This document shows, one piece after another, positions 58,455 to 64,000 of a stretch of 64,000 nucleotides of DNA. The translations under genes and the position numbers were made by a program. Under the pieces are notes generated by a model, which saw only the letters and a list, made by a program, of their open reading frames with translations, did not search any database and had not been told where the DNA came from. Origin of the DNA: Sporomusaceae bacterium (GTDB lineage: Bacteria > Bacillota > Negativicutes > UBA1444); the NCBI GenBank assembly GCA_018434355.1, contig JAHDPL010000010.1, positions 73,164-137,163 of the forward strand. Direction: 5' to 3'. The stretch's first letter is position 1; each line of letters opens with the position of its first letter.

Positions 58455-59039
58455 ATGGAAAGCTTGCGAATCTTAATCGCCGACAACGAATCGATTATCC
58501 GGATGGATCTGAAAGAACTGTTGGAAGAAGCGGGCCATGAGGTGATCGGTGAAGCGGCCGACGGGTTGAAAGCCGTCGAGTTGACGCGGAAGTTGAAACC
58601 GGATCTGGTGATCATGGATATCAAGATGCCGGAGATGGACGGAATCGCCGCCGCCAAAATGATTTCCAACGAAAAACTCGCACCGGTGTTGCTGCTGACA
58701 GCATATAGCCAGAAAGAAATCGTCGAGAAGGCAAAAGACTCCGGTGTGTTGGCCTATCTGGTCAAGCCGGTGAAAGAGAGCAATCTGTTTCCGGCGATGG
58801 AGATCGCGTTGTCACGTTTTAAAGAATATATGGAAATCGAACAGGAACTGCTGGATTTGCGCAATTCGCTGGAGACCCGCAAGATTCTTGACCGGGCTAA
58901 AGGGATGTTGATGGATGCCTATAACCTGAGTGAGCAGGAAGCGTTCCGCCGGATTCAGCAGTACAGCATGGCCAAACGCAAATCAATCCGCGAAGTGGCC
59001 GAAGCGATCATCGAGGCTTCGAAGAAGAAAAAGAATTAA
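58455..59039 (+). CDS. ANTAR-domain response regulator (AmiR/NasT/EutV-like RNA-binding antiterminator).
   Basis: Receiver domain (ILIADNESIIRMDLKELL...DLVIMDIKMPEMDG) plus a C-terminal ANTAR helix bundle (ILDRAKGMLMDAYNLSEQEAFRRIQQYSM). Confidence 0.8.
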   Translation: MESLRILIADNESIIRMDLKELLEEAGHEVIGEAADGLKAVELTRKLKPDLVIMDIKMPEMDGIAAAKMISNEKLAPVLLLTAYSQKEIVEKAKDSGVLAYLVKPVKESNLFPAMEIALSRFKEYMEIEQELLDLRNSLETRKILDRAKGMLMDAYNLSEQEAFRRIQQYSMAKRKSIREVAEAIIEASKKKKN

Positions 59040-59264
59040 GAAACCGCTGAAATAATAAAGAGTGCATTGGATTGCGGCCGTAGCATTCGCCGATGAAGGG
59101 ACGCAGTTTTGTCTGGGTAAATCAACAAGGATGTTGATTTAAGACCGGACGCGACGGATGAAGCATTTCCGGTCGCCCAGCAAAACCAGTCACGAATCGA
59201 TGCGAATCAAGGCTGTAATCTTTAGCAATCGGAATTATTCAGCGGTTCCTTGGGGTGATTTTTG

Positions 59265-59308
59265 CAAGAGTTCCTGAAAAACTTTGTTCAGGGACTCTTG
59301 ATTTTTTT
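59265..59308 (+). terminator. Strong rho-independent terminator downstream of the ANTAR regulator and upstream of groES.
   Basis: 14-bp stem CAAGAGTTCCTGAA / TTCAGGGACTCTTG followed by ATTTTTTT. Confidence 0.8.
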
Positions 59309-59336
59309 AGAGGGATTGGTTATGATAAGAAAGGAA

Positions 59337-59363
59337 TTAGCACTCGAATGATGTGAGTGCTAA
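59337..59363 (+). promoter_or_regulatory. CIRCE operator (HrcA binding site) of the groESL operon.
   Basis: Perfect TTAGCACTC-N9-GAGTGCTAA, 38 nt upstream of the groES start. Confidence 0.9.
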
Positions 59364-59400
59364 CAAATAAAAAACATCATCACTAAGGGAGGAAAACGCA

Positions 59401-59694
59401 ATGTCTGACAAAATCAAACCGTTGGGAGATCGCGTCCTGATCAAAGCTCTCGAGCGGGAAGAGAAAACCAAGAGCGGCATCGTGCTGCCGGATACGGCCA
59501 AAGAGAAGCCCCAAGAAGGCAGAGTCCTAGCAGTCGGGTCAGGTAAAACTCTGGAAAACGGCACGAAAGTTGCACTGGAAGTGCAAGTCGGCCAGAAAGT
59601 CATCTTCTCCAAATATGCCGGTACCGAAGTCAAACTTGACGGCGAAGAAATGATGATTCTCAACGAGCGCGACATTCTCGCCATCGTTGAATAA
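59401..59694 (+). CDS. groES: Co-chaperonin GroES.
   Basis: [30 protein letters not shown]. 97 aa. Confidence 0.95.
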   Translation: MSDKIKPLGDRVLIKALEREEKTKSGIVLPDTAKEKPQEGRVLAVGSGKTLENGTKVALEVQVGQKVIFSKYAGTEVKLDGEEMMILNERDILAIVE

Positions 59695-59727
59695 GTTTAG
59701 CAAGACGATTTAAGTTTAAGGAGGTAA

Positions 59728-61371
<1,644 letters not shown>

Positions 61372-61391
61372 GCTCCGGGAAACCGGACGAA

Positions 61392-61425
61392 ACCCCGGGT
61401 GGAATATTCCACCCGGGGTTTTTTC
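61392..61425 (+). terminator. Rho-independent terminator after groEL.
   Basis: ACCCCGGGTGG-AATATT-CCACCCGGGGT followed by TTTTTT. Confidence 0.85.
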
Positions 61426-61521
61426 GCACTTGACCGAGCATTAACAGCAGAGGATAATGAACTAAAAGGATTCTCCATTAATAATCTGGCTAAAACGGGC
61501 TGGAAAGTAAGGAGGGTTATC

Positions 61522-61800
61522 ATGGGTAAAGTGCCCAAAACAATCAAAAATATGCGCAAATGTATCTGCAAACGATGTCCCAGTTATACCTTCGCCTGCA
61601 AAATCAAAACGATGCCTGCGAACGTGATGAATCTCATCAAAGGGGTTGATAAGACGGAACATCATGAAGGAATCTATTGTGCGTACGAAAAAAGTCACTG
61701 CATCGACGAAGAAAAAGGTTGTATCTGTGGCACATGTGTGTTGACAACGGAGTATAGCCTTGATAAAAAATATTACTGTACGGCAACAGACGGGAAATAG
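61522..61800 (+). CDS. Small cysteine-rich protein (DUF2769-like).
   Basis: 92 aa. CICKRCPSYTFAC...C...CICGTC pattern. RBS aggaggg. Local GC lower than its surroundings. Confidence 0.6.
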   Translation: MGKVPKTIKNMRKCICKRCPSYTFACKIKTMPANVMNLIKGVDKTEHHEGIYCAYEKSHCIDEEKGCICGTCVLTTEYSLDKKYYCTATDGK

Positions 61801-61843
61801 GGCATGTGTGTTTGATTGCACTTGTCAATAAGGAGCATTTGTT

Positions 61844-63328
61844 GTGGACGGAAAAAGAGCGAAGATCACCCTCGGCAAAGCGGACTGGAACTTTGATAAC
61901 AGTTATTCCCGTCTGCCTCAAGTGTTTTTTCGCAAAACCAATCCAACCCCGGTACGTTTGCCGAAGTTGATTGTTCTGAACGAAACCTTGGCAGTATCTC
62001 TGGGGTTAGATGCCCAAGCGTTACGAAGCACAGCGGGGGTGGCGATATTGGCTGGCAACCAGATTCCCCCAGGATCTTTGCCACTGGCGCAAGCCTATGC
62101 GGGCCATCAATTCGGCCATTTTACGATGCTGGGGGACGGACGGGCCTTGTTGATAGGCGAGCAGATCACTCCCCGCGGAGAACGGTCGGACATTCAGCTC
62201 AAAGGTTCGGGTCAAACGCCGTACTCCCGCCGCGGCGATGGTCGTGCGGCCCTGGGGCCGATGCTGCGCGAATACATTATCAGCGAAGCGATGCATGCGC
62301 TGGGTATTGCTACGACCCGCAGCCTTGCGGTGGTGACAACCGGTGAGGACGTCATTCGCGACACGGAACAACCGGGCGCGGTTCTGACCCGCGTGGCTGC
62401 CAGTCACCTGCGCGTCGGCACCTTTCAGTATGCTGCGACTTGGGGCACGATCGAGGAACTCAGGGCTCTGGCTGATTATGCAATTCAACGTCATTTTCCT
62501 TTTGTGAAAGCGGAGGAGAATCGATATCTTGCGCTACTTCATGAAGTCGTCAGGCGTCAGGCGGCGCTGATTGCTAAATGGCAGTTGGTTGGCTTCGTTC
62601 ACGGAGTCATGAATACCGACAACATGGCAATTGCCGGTGAAACGATCGACTATGGCCCTTGTGCTTTCATGGATGTCTATGATCCGAAAACCGTGTTCAG
62701 CTCGATTGACACAGAAGGCCGCTACGCCTATGGAAATCAGCCGGATGTTGCAGGCTGGAACCTTGCCCGGTTTGCCGAGGCGATTTTGCCGCTGTTGCAT
62801 GTTGACCGGTCGCAGGCGATCCGTTTGGCTCAGGACGCGGTTGCGGCTTTTTCGGCGCAATTTCAGTATCAGTGGCTGGCTGGGATGAGAGCGAAACTGG
62901 GGATTCTTAATGAGGAAACCGAGGACGAAACCTTGATCCAAGATCTGCTCGGCATGATGAAAAAAAGGCGCGCAGACTATACTCATACCTTCCGGTCCTT
63001 GTCCTTAAACCGACCGGGTGATGATGCATTGTTCGGCAGCGAAGAATTTTCCCGTTGGAGCGAACGTTGGCAGGCAAGGCTTGGCAGACAGAAGGAAATA
63101 AGAGAAGCTTCGCAACAGTTGATGCAACAAAGCAGTCCGGAGCGAATCCCCCGCAACCACCGGGTGGAAGAGGCCTTGGAAGCTGCTGTGCAACAAGGTG
63201 ACTTCAGCGTGATGGGTCGGCTGCTGCAAGCACTGGCAAGACCTTTCGCACACTTGCCCGAATACGCCGAGTACGCGGATATTCCTCCGACCTCAAACCG
63301 TCCGTACCGAACTTTTTGCGGAACCTGA
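61844..63328 (+). CDS. selO: Protein adenylyltransferase SelO (YdiU/UPF0061).
   Basis: N-terminus [16 protein letters not shown]. Kinase-like core. 494 aa. GTG start after aaggagc. Confidence 0.8.
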   Translation: MDGKRAKITLGKADWNFDNSYSRLPQVFFRKTNPTPVRLPKLIVLNETLAVSLGLDAQALRSTAGVAILAGNQIPPGSLPLAQAYAGHQFGHFTMLGDGRALLIGEQITPRGERSDIQLKGSGQTPYSRRGDGRAALGPMLREYIISEAMHALGIATTRSLAVVTTGEDVIRDTEQPGAVLTRVAASHLRVGTFQYAATWGTIEELRALADYAIQRHFPFVKAEENRYLALLHEVVRRQAALIAKWQLVGFVHGVMNTDNMAIAGETIDYGPCAFMDVYDPKTVFSSIDTEGRYAYGNQPDVAGWNLARFAEAILPLLHVDRSQAIRLAQDAVAAFSAQFQYQWLAGMRAKLGILNEETEDETLIQDLLGMMKKRRADYTHTFRSLSLNRPGDDALFGSEEFSRWSERWQARLGRQKEIREASQQLMQQSSPERIPRNHRVEEALEAAVQQGDFSVMGRLLQALARPFAHLPEYAEYADIPPTSNRPYRTFCGT

Positions 63329-63465
63329 AGCAGCGACGACTGGCGGAAGATGGTTGCGCTGATCTTATCCCGCTGGTGAAGCAGAAAATTCTGCAATGGC
63401 TGTTAGGTTCAATAATATGCTATAATTGACCAAAACATTATCGCGCAGGAGGCATTGATTCAAGC

Positions 63466-64000
63466 ATGACAGTCAAACACGACGAATTGGTCCTGGTTAT
63501 CGATTTCGGTGCGCAGTACAGCCAGTTGATCGCCCGCAGGGTCCGGGAATGCGGTGTGTACAGCGAAATTATACCCTACCACGCCTCGCTGGCGGAGATC
63601 GCCGCGAAAAATCCGAAAGGCATCATCTTTTCCGGCGGACCGAATAGCGTCTATGGTGAAAAGGCGCCACACAGCGATCCGGAAATCTATTCGCTAGGGA
63701 TTCCCGTATTGGGTATCTGTTACGGCATGCAACTGATGGCGCTGCAACTCGGCGGCGAAGTCGCCCGTTCCGAAGCGCGTGAATACGGGCATGCGGACTT
63801 GAACCACGACGTGGAAGCCGCTTTGTTCAAAGGAATCGCTGCGCCGACACCGGTGTGGATGAGCCATGGCGACTCGATCGTTCGCCCGCCGGCCGGGTTC
63901 GTCGTATCCGCCAACACCTCCAATACGCCGACGGCGGCGATGTCCAATGATTCTCGCAAGCTATACGGCGTGCAGTTCCACCCGGAAGTGGTTCATACCC
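63466..64000 (+). CDS. guaA: GMP synthase (glutamine-hydrolysing), N-terminal glutamine amidotransferase part. 3' end truncated by the window edge.
   Basis: [39 protein letters not shown]...GICYGMQ. Runs off the window end. Confidence 0.85.
   Translation, partial: MTVKHDELVLVIDFGAQYSQLIARRVRECGVYSEIIPYHASLAEIAAKNPKGIIFSGGPNSVYGEKAPHSDPEIYSLGIPVLGICYGMQLMALQLGGEVARSEAREYGHADLNHDVEAALFKGIAAPTPVWMSHGDSIVRPPAGFVVSANTSNTPTAAMSNDSRKLYGVQFHPEVVHT

Overview
Window: 64 kb from a high-GC (~58%) Firmicutes chromosome. Gene order is Bacillus/Clostridia-like (fliD-fliS-fliT ... hpf-secA-prfB; ftsEX; uvrBAC; acpS ... alr; tsaE-tsaB-rimI-tsaD; groESL). One gene encodes a secreted beta-barrel protein ending in a C-terminal Phe, which suggests a diderm Firmicute such as a Negativicute (inference). 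Spore-associated genes (gerM-like, csaB) and a flagellar locus are also present. The first 14.5 kb is a flagellin-glycosylation / nonulosonic-acid (pseudaminic/legionaminic-type) island. It carries a complete PseB/PseC/PseH/PseG/NeuB-family/cytidylyltransferase set plus extra tailoring modules and lies immediately upstream of flaG-fliD-fliS-fliT. The rest is largely housekeeping: hpf, secA, prfB with the classical +1 programmed frameshift, DUF2993-DUF5693-csaB, ftsEX-M23-ctpA-PDZ, uvrB, uvrA, uvrC, LemA/TPM/rubredoxin, hisC-like, a sulfonate/nitrate-type ABC transporter, ogt, acpS, nnr, amidase, alr (minus strand), the tsa operon, a HisKA_2 kinase with an ANTAR regulator, groESL behind a perfect CIRCE, a DUF2769 Cys-rich protein, selO, and the start of guaA. 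No rRNA, tRNA, CRISPR or transposase was seen. Most worth a second look: (i) a sigma-A promoter driving a ~250-nt structured leader or ncRNA between fliT and hpf, possibly raiA-motif-like; (ii) an insertion between uvrB and uvrA encoding an outer-membrane beta-barrel protein and a secreted protein with a granulin-like ladder of Cys-Cys pairs; (iii) a near-identical 21-bp GC-cored palindrome present twice, each about 25 nt downstream of an overlapping stop/start junction; (iv) the unusually elaborate glycosylation island, including a cytidylyltransferase-aldo/keto-reductase fusion. All calls come from reading the sequence and the translations. Nothing was searched against databases. Coordinates of non-coding elements may be off by 1-2 nt.
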